A DNA stretch of 64,000 bases from Lingula anatina (GCA_051362555.1 CM120646.1:11904001-11968000), one strand, 5' to 3'. Positions 1-10,421 are shown, numbered from the stretch's first letter. Notes: generated by a model not told the origin, from the sequence alone. A program made the numbers and translations.

Positions 1-113
1 ACGCTCTCAATAAATCATCATGTGGGTTCTGTTTCGCTCACGTATTTCACACATTTCACTTCATTCATGGCGAATCATGCTACAACGCATGCGCATTAAG
101 TGAGCTATTATGC

Positions 114-162
114 GGGTCAAGGGTCATATTTATACCTCGCGTCTTTTAAGACATTCTCATTC
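114..162 (+). promoter_or_regulatory. Core promoter: DR1 nuclear-receptor element + TATA-like box + Inr
   Basis: GGGTCA-A-GGGTCA (114-126) directly followed by TATTTATA (127-134) and TCATTC Inr-like site (157-162) about 30 nt later, upstream of ATG 197. Confidence 0.55.
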
Positions 163-196
163 ACACTTACAAGGAACTTAAACAAATAGGTGAACA

Positions 197-692
197 ATGC
201 GATATCAAGCGTGGAAAGTCTGTCTTGTACTGGTAAGAGTTTTTGGTTACTTGTACTAAACTAGAATTGCTGCTCCATCAAAACAACAGAATTTTTTTTT
301 CTTTGTCTGCCTATTTATTTAACTATAGGCCTACCATATAAGTTTTTTTCACTTCTAAAATTAATTATGAAAATTACATTAGAATTAATAGAAATAGTAT
401 TACAAGAACAAAACTTATAATAGAAACTTCTGTTGATTAGAAAATTAAACCGTTTATATCCATCAAAAGAGGATTGTAAAATACTACATATAAATTAATT
501 GTCCGTGTATTCATCACAAGTAAGTCTTAATCAGGCAATGCCTTTCTGACCTAGGTTCTGTGCTGCTGCTTGCTAAGCGCCGTAAATGCACGCAAAAAGA
601 AAAACAAAAATAGGAAAGGAAACAACAAAGCTAGAAATAGAGGTAAAGTGAAGAGAAACTGTTGTATATTTATACGTAATATTTATATGTAA
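197..692 (+). CDS. Unannotated secreted protein, first two coding exons (signal peptide + cationic segment)
   Basis: Exon 197-232 (MRYQAWKVCLVL|gtaag) joins in phase 0 to exon from 555 (ctag|VLCCCLLSAVNA-RKKKNKNRKGNNKARNR). It then either splices at 642|gtaaag (phase 1) or reads on (GKVKRNCCIFIRNIYM) to TAA 690-692. The hydrophobic core ending V-N-A fits a signal peptidase site. 3' structure unresolved. Confidence 0.55.
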
Positions 693-926
693 TAATCATC
701 ATATCCTTTATCGTGTGGACTTTTCTCGTAAAATAATGCTACATTCATCCGGTATACCTTTGCCTATATGGTGGAAACACTTTCATGGCATAAGGTACTT
801 TCTATTTCCTTGAAAACCTGCGTTTGTCGTTGGATTCCATCGGTCCAACATTCAATTTTCAAAATCTAGACCAAAGAAGCGATATGGTGTGCTTCGTACA
901 TGTATTTTGTAATTGTCTTTTTTTCA

Positions 927-1251
927 TCATTTGCCGGGTTCCATAAGAATTTTACACGCATCTCCGCCCATGAGCGCCTGAAAGGCGTCCTCATATTGCG
1001 TCATCGGCATTTGGTGGGTAATGACGGCGTTAACGTCGACCTTCCCTTCCGCTACCAGACGCTCACTTTCCACCCAGCTGTTCCAAATTCGTCGTCCAAA
1101 TACAGTGTTTACTTGGAGTGCCCTATACACTGAAATAAAATATACGTCAAAGTGGTTGAAATTATTATATTCTATCAGCGAATTCGATGTAATTTTTGTA
1201 AAATATTTTTGACTTCTTTCACTCAATTGTTTCTTCTTCTTCTTCTTCTTC

Positions 1252-1293
<42 letters not shown>

Positions 1294-2354
1294 TTTTGTC
1301 TACAATATTTCAGCAGCAATATGTTCTTAAAGTTTTGAAAGTGCATGTATTTCGGATAACTTGAATTTCGGAAATCGTTTCTACAAGATTTGGTTGGTTT
1401 GAGTCATAAAATACCCAATGTTATGTACATATTTACTTACTAATGGTTGTCATGGGTTTTTCAATGTGGACGGCCTCTTTTGGCATTCCTATCAAGGTGA
1501 CCTTCCCCGCTGGTCTTAATAGATTAAATATTCTGTTGACAACCGCTGGTACCCCAGTGCACTCACATATCCTCCCAACACCATATTTTTGAGTCATGTA
1601 CATGATGACATCATGGACATCAACTACACTAGAATTGATGATGTCATCAGCGCCCATTTTCTTGGCCATTTCCAGTTTGTCGTCCTTAATGTCCATTGCA
1701 ATGATTCTGGAAATGTTGGAAGCTTATATGTCTTTGAAAACCAGTGCTTTAGCCACTACAATAGGTAACCAAGTGTAAGTAGGCCTATTTATAAACGAAA
1801 AAGTGAAACGACAAATTATTCGTGTTCTAAAAAGATAACGGTTCTTCTATGTACAATAATCTTTTATCTAAAAGGACCTTAAAAGGTCTCATAAAGGTAC
1901 TATTTATTTAACTGAAGACTACCTTTTGGCCCCGAAAACCTTAGCCACACTGATAGCCAGCAGACCAATGGTCCCACATCCAGTGATCAAAACGTCCTCA
2001 TCCTTAATGTCCAGTCTACTGAGCCCATTGTGGACAACGCCCAATGGCTCGAGGAGCACTGCCTCACGTGCACCTTAAAATCATTCAATACTTAATAGCA
2101 AGTTTAGTTCACATGGAATTTTAGCAATGTTATGATGTAATATTCACATCTGAAGCAAAAAACACATTATTCATTATTAAATGTTATGGAAAATGACATG
2201 AGGGAACCATAAAAAGACTAAATGATATCCTATCCTATTTTGATTTTCAATATGACTTTCACTTTTTGCTTCAATGTTACAGTTAGCTATGTATTTGTAT
2301 CTGAACTAAGTATATTGTGCAACCTCTCTTCTCTCTTCTCTCTCTCCCTATCCC

Positions 2355-2400
<46 letters not shown>

Positions 2401-3397
2401 AAATTGGAATCTTATTCAAGCAATTACCAATAGAGGTTTTTAGAGGGTAACAGAACTTGTCCGCAACTTTGGTATACTCTGCACACCCTCCGTATATGGA
2501 ACCCTTGCCGTGTCCAAACTGCGCCATATTGGGACATATCTCTCTTGCACCGTGCTCGCACACGTAGCAGCATCCACAAAACAGGTGGCTCTCCACACAG
2601 ACACGTTGACCAACGGCCAGTGAAGCTTTAGGCCCAGTCTGTAATGTTAAGGATTAGTTTAACTCGAGGCAGGTGTGATTATAACATCGCACCCAGAAAT
2701 ACAGATGCTCTAGGAACTGAAATGGAAGTTTCAATAGGACACCATGCGCAGTACATTGGTAATCAAAAATGGAAAACCAAAGATATGAGGAACCAAAGAT
2801 ATGAAGAAGAAGATTGATTTCAGAGGAAGCAATACCTTAACCACTACTCCAGCGCATTCGTGCCCCAGTATTAGAGGCAGGTTGTTCACTGTCGCTGCCT
2901 GTGGAGTCCAGTTATACACTTTGATGTCCGAACCACATATCCCCGCAAATTCCACCCGAATGAGAACCTCATCGTCTGAAATTAAATCGCAGGATTTTAC
3001 AAGAAGTAACAGCAAGTAAAAATTAAAACATGCTGTTATCAACAGAACGCTATGAATGAACTGTTGCCAAAGGATTTCTTGGTTTGAAGCGATATACAAT
3101 ATGCTCTCCACTAAAACTGGAGCTGAGCTGTATCAGTAGCTTAACACAGGGACTTAACATGTAAATTTGTTAAGAAATTGTTTTTTCTCAATGGCAGCGG
3201 TTTTGCAAATTAACATTCCACGTTTACGTTGCCGCGCTAGTATTGAAATAACCAAGTAGTGGAGGCCACATTGAATCCATTGCTGGGCACTCACCTATCA
3301 GATCAATCGGAACATCAATTGTTTCTAGGATAAAAGAAGGCACTGGTTCTCGCTTTAATAACGCCTTCATCTGACGTGGGATTGGTTCTTCCGTCAT
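927..3397 (-). CDS. tdh: Zinc-dependent MDR-family dehydrogenase, L-threonine 3-dehydrogenase-like (6 exons)
   Basis: Exons 3397-3295, 2975-2836, 2638-2428, 2073-1923, 1706-1441, 1129-927, all GT-AG and phase-consistent. Motifs GICGSD, GHE (catalytic Zn), ESHLFCGCCYVCEHGAREIC (structural Zn Cys4), LLEPLG, GCGTIG (Rossmann). C-terminus VFGRRIWNSW...VITHQMPM...CKILMEP resembles bacterial Tdh. Confidence 0.88.
1230..1292. repeat. Compound microsatellite (CTT)n(GTA)n
   Basis: Direct read; in the last TDH intron; explains the poly-T/K/S spurious ORFs. Confidence 0.95.
2361..2399. repeat. (CT)n microsatellite
   Basis: Direct read; TDH intron 3. Confidence 0.95.
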
Positions 3398-3962
3398 GGT
3401 CAGTAGGTTGACACAACAAACTGGACACTACTTAGCTAACGTGTTGTACAGCGCAAGATGGACGGAAGACTGGAAAGTGCTTTGAGAAACCCAGTGAAGT
3501 AGGTCAGGGACATGTTACCCCATAGATAACTATGGAAAAGGGTCAGAGACAAATTACTACATAGATAACGATACCTCTTATAATAAAACAATGTTACTTA
3601 ATTCAGATCATTTTAACGACACTAAAGGTATAACAGTTTAAATGTTCCATCAATAAGAAAATAATTAATCTCTTGGTGTAGTGCACTCACGCGTGATCTG
3701 TGTTTTTAGACTGCACCAGATCTAGTTCCACGCACACGCTTTCGATTTTAAATATTGTTGATGTGTTATAGAATTCTCCTTGCTTTCATATTTATCGGAA
3801 GCATTTTTAATATAAGCAGCACTGAGCATAGTTCTAGCTAGACACCAAAGATGATAACCAAAACCTATCTAAAAACCAACTTGTAACATAACATAACATA
3901 TATAAAATTTTGACAAACTCATCGCAAATTGTTGAAAATCCAAATAACATGTTAATACCCAG

Positions 3963-4070
3963 ACAATCTGGCAGTTGACCTGATGCCGCCAGTTAGCTCG
4001 ATTGCGGTCCAAAATAGCTCATGTCTAAACAGACCTGTGAAAATATCCACATGTTGCGAAGTGCTTTGCC
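3963..4070 (+). other. Orphan candidate exon (108 nt, symmetric phase 1)
   Basis: cccag|AC...TGC C|gtaagt (consensus donor). Open frame xNLAVDLMPPVSSIAVQNSSCLNRPVKISTCCEVLC. Could be exon 3 of the gene starting at 197 or a 5'UTR exon of the lectin. Confidence 0.35.
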
Positions 4071-4588
4071 GTAAGTATAACTATCATTTAGTGACTAGCT
4101 GACTACAAAAGCACGCCAGTTTCAGACATCATTCACAAAACATGTTTATGACAATATGACACGTTTCTTCGGTTCATACATAAAGTTTTAAAAACAAAAC
4201 AACTCTGATATAATCAGTAAATATACGTTGATATACCGGCATATATCTGCTCGATAATGAAAAAATGGACAGCAGTACACGTATTTGCATGCTCAGGCCT
4301 TTATATTACCCAACAGCCTGCAAAAAAAATAGCAAAGAAATTATATGTTAGAAGTGTTCCTAGTCTACATGTTAAGTTTTTTTTCTTTTGCTGAAACATG
4401 TTTGCCCACTAATACATGTATCTTGCTCTGACCAGAACATGTCACTGTTATTACATCGTAGACAGTTTTATCATGTAAAGCAAAGCCGCTTATGGATAAA
4501 CTGTGACACTGCGACCTTTAGTTGTTAAACATTGCACCATTCACCGTTAACGTCTATAATAAAGACCTACCATCCAGGAAGATTTTCG

Positions 4589-7500
4589 ATGATCGAAATG
4601 AAATCATCTGTGTGTCTTGTACTTCTTTCACTCAGCTTAACCACGAACTCACAGGATACAAATGGTAAGAGCAGCAACAAAGAGGACTTGCTACGTATTC
4701 TTCATTTTTCTGTGCATTCTCGACTCTGTCTTTTTTTTTGTGTGTGTGTGTGTGTGTGTGTGCGTGCGCGCGCGCGCGTTTTCGGGATTTCTATTCCGCT
4801 TTAGATGCGTCTAAATATTTAACGTGATCAACCGAGTGTGTATCCGTGTTTGTAAATGTCACAATTATAATGGCAATGTTAGCAGGCTAAATGTGATTTT
4901 TTTCAGTGTGGTAAGTTGATTTGGATCTTGTGACAAAATATCACTGTAAATTTTAAAGACCCTTGAAAGGGGTTCCATTCACGCCCCAAATATTATTACC
5001 TCCGCCAAGGAGGTTATGTTTTCACCTCTGTTTGTCTGTCTGTCTGTTTGTTTGTCATCAACATAACTCAAAACGTTATGGACCGATTTTGATGAAATTT
5101 TCAGGGTAGGTCAGAAATGGGTTAACTTAGAAATTATTAGTTTTTGGTGGTGATCCGGATCAACAATCAATCAATAATCAATAATAATCAAAAATCGCTG
5201 CCTTGGCGGAGGTCTGCGCTCTCGGAGTGCTTTTCTAGTTGGAAATTAGCTACTGCTTGGGCATTTTTCTCCTCTTCGGTGGGTTTCCGATTAGTATTTT
5301 CAAAGGGACCCGATTTGAATTTGGTAAACGAGAGATACAGGATTCTGCCCCCCCCCCTCCCCCTCCCCCTCCTCCTCCTCCACAACCATCAACCCAGTAT
5401 CCGCCAATGATTTTAAAGCGTGCATCACCAATTCAAGAAACAGCATGGACATTCAGTTTCCTATTCAAAACATAGGAAATGTCTCACGGGCTGTAAAGCT
5501 GGTTTTTTACTTTTAAAAAATCTATCGCAAATGTTTCTCTTCTCCTCAGTATGCCCAGCAGGGTGGCTATATTGTGGAGTCACTGGCATGTGCTACCAGT
5601 TCAACTCGAGAGAAAACGTGAAGAAAACCTGGTCAGCCGCTTTAGAAGACTGTGAGCAGAAGGGTGCTAACTTGTTATCTTATCAGTCAATGGCCGAAAA
5701 GGTAATTTAGGACACATCTGTCCTCGATTGAAATAGGAGGTGGAGTTGTCATTTGCTAAAATTTATATGATGGAATATTTGGAGATCTATTATAGTATTG
5801 GTTCGACAGTAGATAAATATGAAACAGACTGCAATATTTGGTACTCTGATTTGCTCAAAATGTGAAAAATATGCGCCCTTTCTTACTCAAGTAAACGACC
5901 TTTCGACAACATTAGCATTTTTGTCTTATTTGGTCCTTAATTTTTATACATGTACCAAACCGGACACAAAAATTCAAATCGTGCGATGAATAACAACACG
6001 TGGTAGCCGCTTTCAGCCCTTTCATTCTCTCATTCTGAGAGCAACGCAACGTTAAAAAGTTAAACATTATTGATTTTACAATTATTACGTTTTCTTTTCT
6101 GATTTTCTATGACAATTTCATTTATATATATATATATTTTTAATTTCAGTACTGGGTCCTCTCTAAAATGAAGTCGTCTGCCTTCTGGTGCGGACTAAAT
6201 GACCTGCAGACAGACGGCAAGTGGATTTGGTCAGACGATACCCCGTATGACGCGAAAATTGTGTAAGCTACCTGGCATAATAAATTATCAAAGACAAGAT
6301 AACAATGGCAGCTTCCTCTCTTAGCTTCTGCAGTATTTCCTTCGCTCTCTCAATTCTTTCAACCACATCGTCAAAAGCGCAGGGGGGGGGGGGGTTACGT
6401 AGCCTCTGGTTGCTATTTTTTATGAACACGCTTTTAGTAGGCTGCCAGAGAATTACATTGCTTAAAAGCATAAATGCATTTTTAAATTTTGAAGTTACTT
6501 TTTTATCACATATAACAGTTATGTTAAAATGATTATTTTGCGTACGATTTATCTTTTGGTTGATGTTTGATAGGCCTATACACACAGGTCGTTAGACATT
6601 GTGTTTGTTGAGACAGAGTTGAGATTTGAAGCAATGCCGATTATCATTGATCGTGAGGTGACCACTAAATGTCATTTTGAGTTGACATTTATGCTTTTAT
6701 GAAAAGTTACTTCACATCCTTTTCTTTTTCCATTTTATGCAGAAATTGGGCGCCTGGAGAGCCCAATAATTGGGGCGGCAACGAAGACTGTGCTATTGTT
6801 ATCGGCAACGCTCAGATGAACGACCTGAGCTGCGAATGGAAACTTCCCTACATTTGTAAAGGACCAAGAGGTACAAAGAACACTTCGTTGTTCTAATTGA
6901 AATAATATAATATTGATAGACATGCCCCTATCTGTCTGTGTACCTATTTCGACTTTAATTTATGCCTATCTCAACTTTTTATCTATCTATCTACGTGTAC
7001 TTATAAAATCCCCCCCCCTCCCCATTTTATTGTTTTTACGTACAGGGCCGTAGCCTGAGCAAAATGCCAGGGGGGGCAGTTAGCGGAAACGAGGGGGCGA
7101 AGCCCCCGAGGGGGGAGGTGTGGGAGGGGGTGTCGCCCTCCCACGGTGTGGAAAATTTTTAAAAACTGTATGTATTATACTGCATTCTGGTGCATTTTAA
7201 CTGTTATTTATTGCTCAATCAGAAGTCAGAAATTGTGGGTTCATTTTGCCATAGGTGCAGTCATTTTTTCAACACAACACTCCAACTGGACTTTTCGGCA
7301 TGAACTGAGTTGGCTAAAACAGTACACCTTTGTAAACAGATTGTTGAATGATTGTCTAGTGGCCATGACTGTATTTTCTCACAGAATTGATACCAACCTT
7401 GCAATTATTTTTTTTTTACCTTTGCGATTATTTATTTATTTTATTATTATTTTTTTGCACCTCAAATCCCAGGGGGGGGGGCAGCTGCCCCCCCTGCCGC

Positions 7501-7627
7501 CCTCCCCCCCCCCCCCCCCCCCCCCGCCGCCCCCGGAGGCTACGGCCCTGACGTAGGATGTTGTTGTGCCATTTAGTAACGAAAGCCACTATCAACTTTT
7601 TCTTTCATTCTTATCTTTTCAGTGTAG
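4589..7627 (+). CDS. Secreted single-domain C-type lectin (EPN, mannose-type; perlucin/MRC-like CTLD)
   Basis: Exons 4589-4664 (signal peptide), 5550-5701 (CPAGW..CYQF..TWSAALEDC..GANL), 6150-6262 (FWCGLND..GKWIWSD), 6743-6870 (NWAPGEPNN..EDCA..MNDLSC..PYICK), 7623-7627 (stop TAG). Phases consistent; AATAAA at 7833. Confidence 0.92.
4995..5238 (+). mobile_element. Non-autonomous Helentron-associated element (HINE/DINE-1-like)
   Basis: Subterminal inverted repeats ACCTCCGCCAAGG (4998-5010) / CCTTGGCGGAGGT (5201-5213), internal GTCT/GTTT microsatellite, 3' hairpin GCGCTCTCGGAGTGC, ends CTAG before TT; lectin intron 1. Confidence 0.85.
7043..7550. mobile_element. MITE with 14-bp TIRs and 5-bp TSD
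   Basis: CAGGGCCGTAGCCT ... AGGCTACGGCCCTG flanked by ACGTA on both sides (7038-7042, 7551-7555); last lectin intron. Confidence 0.9.
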
Positions 7628-8131
7628 GAATCTAAAATGGACGGGTTCAGCGTTCGAGTTGTAGCGGCCAGTCCCTAAAATAGCCACTGCCAGTTGCCTT
7701 TCACAGCTGTCCCTTGGAATAGCTATTTTTTTGAAATTCTGCTTGTTCATGAAATGATGAAGTGGGTTAAAATTTTGTGTTGCACTATTTATACTTCGAT
7801 GCCTATTATACATGCAACTGCATAAAAGTTGGAATAAAGGAATATTAAATTATTAATCGTAGTTACTAATTCCTTAAGTCTACCGTAAATGGATTCCATC
7901 CCACAAACACATTCTATAGAACTTTTAACTTCATGGTGATGAATATGATTTAAGCGCAAAATGTTTAGGGGGAGGGGAAGGGAAGGGTAGGGGAGGGGAA
8001 GACCTCAACTCGATTCCCGAGCCCGTGGGTGCTTGTAAATATTATGTTCGGGAGAAGCCTATACAGGTCATCCGGTTTTCCTTCGATTCGTTTTCATTAC
8101 AGACTTTGAAAATATAAAAGGCGCCTATCAT

Positions 8132-8165
8132 CAAGGAGTTATAACAGATCTGTTATAACTCCTTG
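8132..8165. mobile_element. 34-bp perfect palindromic mini-insertion with 7-bp TSD
   Basis: CAAGGAGTTATAACAGATCTGTTATAACTCCTTG is its own reverse complement; CTATCAT repeated at 8125-8131 and 8166-8172. Confidence 0.85.
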
Positions 8166-8596
8166 CTATCATCTAATTTAAATCGTTTCCTAGTCTATCT
8201 CCCCTGAAACATTCACTATTGTGAGATAGACTCCTGTGCTAGATTCCTGTATTTTTTTTTTCGTAGTTGAGTGTATCTGTTGGGAGACTCGGGTGTAAAG
8301 TAACAAATACCGAGGACAGTTTCCACACTTCGGTTTAATAAAAGAGGTCCTTGGAGCTTCGTGTTGACCTGCTGATGCCAAGTTATTGAAATTTATATTT
8401 ACCGTGCTGAGCCTGGTCAGCTAGAAGCAATGAGATTTCATGCTTTAACGGTCATCTCCCTAAATATCAGTCTTTTTAATTTAACTGTGGATTTAGATTA
8501 AAGTCACATGAAGTGACTTGCAGCTGTGAAAGAAAATAAACAATATTACACAATTTTTGTGAACATATGGTAAAGCTTTTCTTGGAAAATTGGGGT

Positions 8597-8612
8597 GGCC
8601 CTGATAAGGGCC
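8597..8612 (-). terminator. Histone 3' stem-loop (SLBP site) with downstream purine-rich HDE
   Basis: Minus strand GGCCCT-TATC-AGGGCC followed by ACCCC, then CAAGAAAAG about 12 nt past the stem; about 30 nt after the H1 stop. Confidence 0.9.
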
Positions 8613-8641
8613 GTTAAGTTGTGAAGACAACAGAGAAGTAT

Positions 8642-9214
8642 TTACTTCTTAGCAGCCTTGGCCTTCTTGGGAGACTTCTTCACCTTGGGCTTGGCGGCTT
8701 TCTTGACGGCCTTCTTGGGAGACTTGGGCTTCTTAGCTGCCTTAGGCTTGGCAACCTTGGCCTTCTTTGGAGATTTGGCTTTCTTAGCTTTGGCGGCCTT
8801 CTTTTCGCCGGCGGGTTTCTTTGCCTTCTTGGGGCTCTTAGCTTTCTTCACCTTCTTTGGTTTTTCGGCCTTGGGCTTCTTCACCTTCTTGGGCTTGGCT
8901 GCTGGTTTCTTAGCGGCAGCACTGAGCTTGAAAGAGCCAGAGGCACCCTTGCCCTTGGTCTGAACAAGCTTGCCGTCAGCAACGGCCTTCTTCAAATACT
9001 TCTTGATGAAAGGTGTAATCTTCACGACATCTACCTTGTAGTTGGCGGCGATGTACTTCTTGATGGCCTGGCCGGAGGAGCCACCGCGTTCCTTCAGAGC
9101 GGCGATGGCAGCGACGACCATGTCAGCGACCTTAGGGTGGGCAGCGGGTGCCTTGGCCTTTGGCTTGGCAGCCTTGGCTTTCTTCTGTGGTGAGGCGGGA
9201 GCAGCATCGGCCAT
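8642..9214 (-). CDS. H1: Histone H1 (linker histone), intronless, 190 aa
   Basis: H15 globular domain ([43 protein letters not shown]) and K/A/P-rich tail with SPKK motifs; 3' stem-loop present. Confidence 0.98.
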   Translation of the reverse strand: MADAAPASPQKKAKAAKPKAKAPAAHPKVADMVVAAIAALKERGGSSGQAIKKYIAANYKVDVVKITPFIKKYLKKAVADGKLVQTKGKGASGSFKLSAAAKKPAAKPKKVKKPKAEKPKKVKKAKSPKKAKKPAGEKKAAKAKKAKSPKKAKVAKPKAAKKPKSPKKAVKKAAKPKVKKSPKKAKAAKK

Positions 9215-9299
9215 TTCGACGATTTCTTCTTGTAGAAAATCCGCGTATATCTTCTATAGTCAGTGACGTTAAAAGGTATGATTAAGCTGGTGTATCGCG

Positions 9300-9400
9300 C
9301 CCAAAGTTAAAGCGTGCGCGCGGACCTGTTAGAACACACCACCTCCAATACTACGAAAATTGCAATATGGAGTCCGCCTTTAACTCAATGTGTGCTTCTT
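9300..9400 (-). promoter_or_regulatory. H1 promoter elements (H4-box-like AGGTCCG, GC-box-like, H1-box-like)
   Basis: Minus strand AAGCACACA (~9398-9390), GGCGGACTC (~9378-9370), CAGGTCCGC (~9328-9320), then CTTTAAC in the TATA position. Confidence 0.45.
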
Positions 9401-10058
9401 TGTCTAATAAAGATGAATTTTTATGCATTACATCAATGAATGCTATATAGAAGGGTGACTTTAAAACAAAGTAGACAAGTTGATGATTCAATTTTGAAAA
9501 TGTTAAGTATATGCGACAGTCTGTTCAGGGAATATATCAATGGTAAACCGACGACATACCTGTGACATTTAGATTAAAGCGTAATAAAACGCAAAATTTT
9601 CATAATTTTTGTGTATAACCCTACTGAATTCCCATTGATTATCAAATTACAGTATATTGGAATACCATTCGTAAAAAAATAGTAACTCTCCGTCGGGTTT
9701 AAGTATTTTATTTCGAATATTTAGAAAGTGGTAACAAACACACTCATCCACTCGATGGCCGTCAAATCATTTTAATGTTATTGTCTTTCAATATCATATT
9801 TAGACAGTTTTCGACGTTTCCGTCTCAAAAATGCACCAACCTGACATTGTTTAAGTCACTTGGGAATAATTTTGACAATTTATAGAATATTTTGACATTG
9901 TTTAGTATTTTAATGTGAATAAAATAAATTTCCCATTCATTTCATTGCTAGCATTATGCGAAGCATCAGCACTTGAAGATCACGTAGCATGGCGAATATG
10001 AAATGGTACCATATCTTTAAAATTTGAGTAATATGGTCTTTATTGTAAAAAATATTAG

Positions 10059-10421
10059 TAAATGGGGGTGATGAAGACGACACCAAACCAAATAATAACC
10101 ACAAAGTATACGTAGAATGCTACTTTGGGCTTTTTGAAGGGCTAAATCACCTGCTGGTGTTGGGTTACCGAAGTCTGTTTACCGATATGAAAACAGATAA
10201 CCCAGTTTGAACTCTGGTTTTATCCATCTCATTCAAATTTCCTTACACATCCTTCTGTTGTTGGCAGATCTACAAAAAAGTGACAAATTCACGAGCCAAG
10301 GTGAGCATGAGCAATTTGATAAATTCTAAGATATAGCTTTTAGAGCGGAACAAGAAAAATGTTGATTCGTTTCATGTAGGCCTACGTGAACGGTGTCAGA
10401 CCAAAGACCCGGTTACATTGA
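10059..10421 (+). other. Three phase-compatible orphan candidate coding exons
   Basis: 10059-10204 (phase 1 in; NGGDEDDTKPNNNHKVYVECYFGLFEGLNHLLVLGYRSLFTDMKTDNP|gtttga), 10268-10300 (ttggcag|IYKKVTNSRAK|gtgagc), 10380-10421 (tgtag|AYVNGVRPKTRLH*). No own start codon or promoter evident. Confidence 0.35.

Noticed and set aside
3963-4150. Insulin A-chain-like CCxxxC motif (CCEVLC)
   Set aside because: No candidate downstream exon places a Cys 8 residues later, and no B-chain motif is present upstream.
5144-5475. Pro- or Arg/Gly-rich ORFs in lectin intron 1 (and the ORF at 7146-7556)
   Set aside because: Derived from C-tracts and transposon sequence inside introns.
8621-9266. Plus-strand hydrophobic ORFs (190, 101, 74 aa)
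   Set aside because: Antisense shadows of the K/A-rich H1 codons.
9952-10005. In-frame TGA in a candidate exon read as selenocysteine
   Set aside because: No redox motif context and no SECIS recognised; more likely a stop codon or a non-exon.
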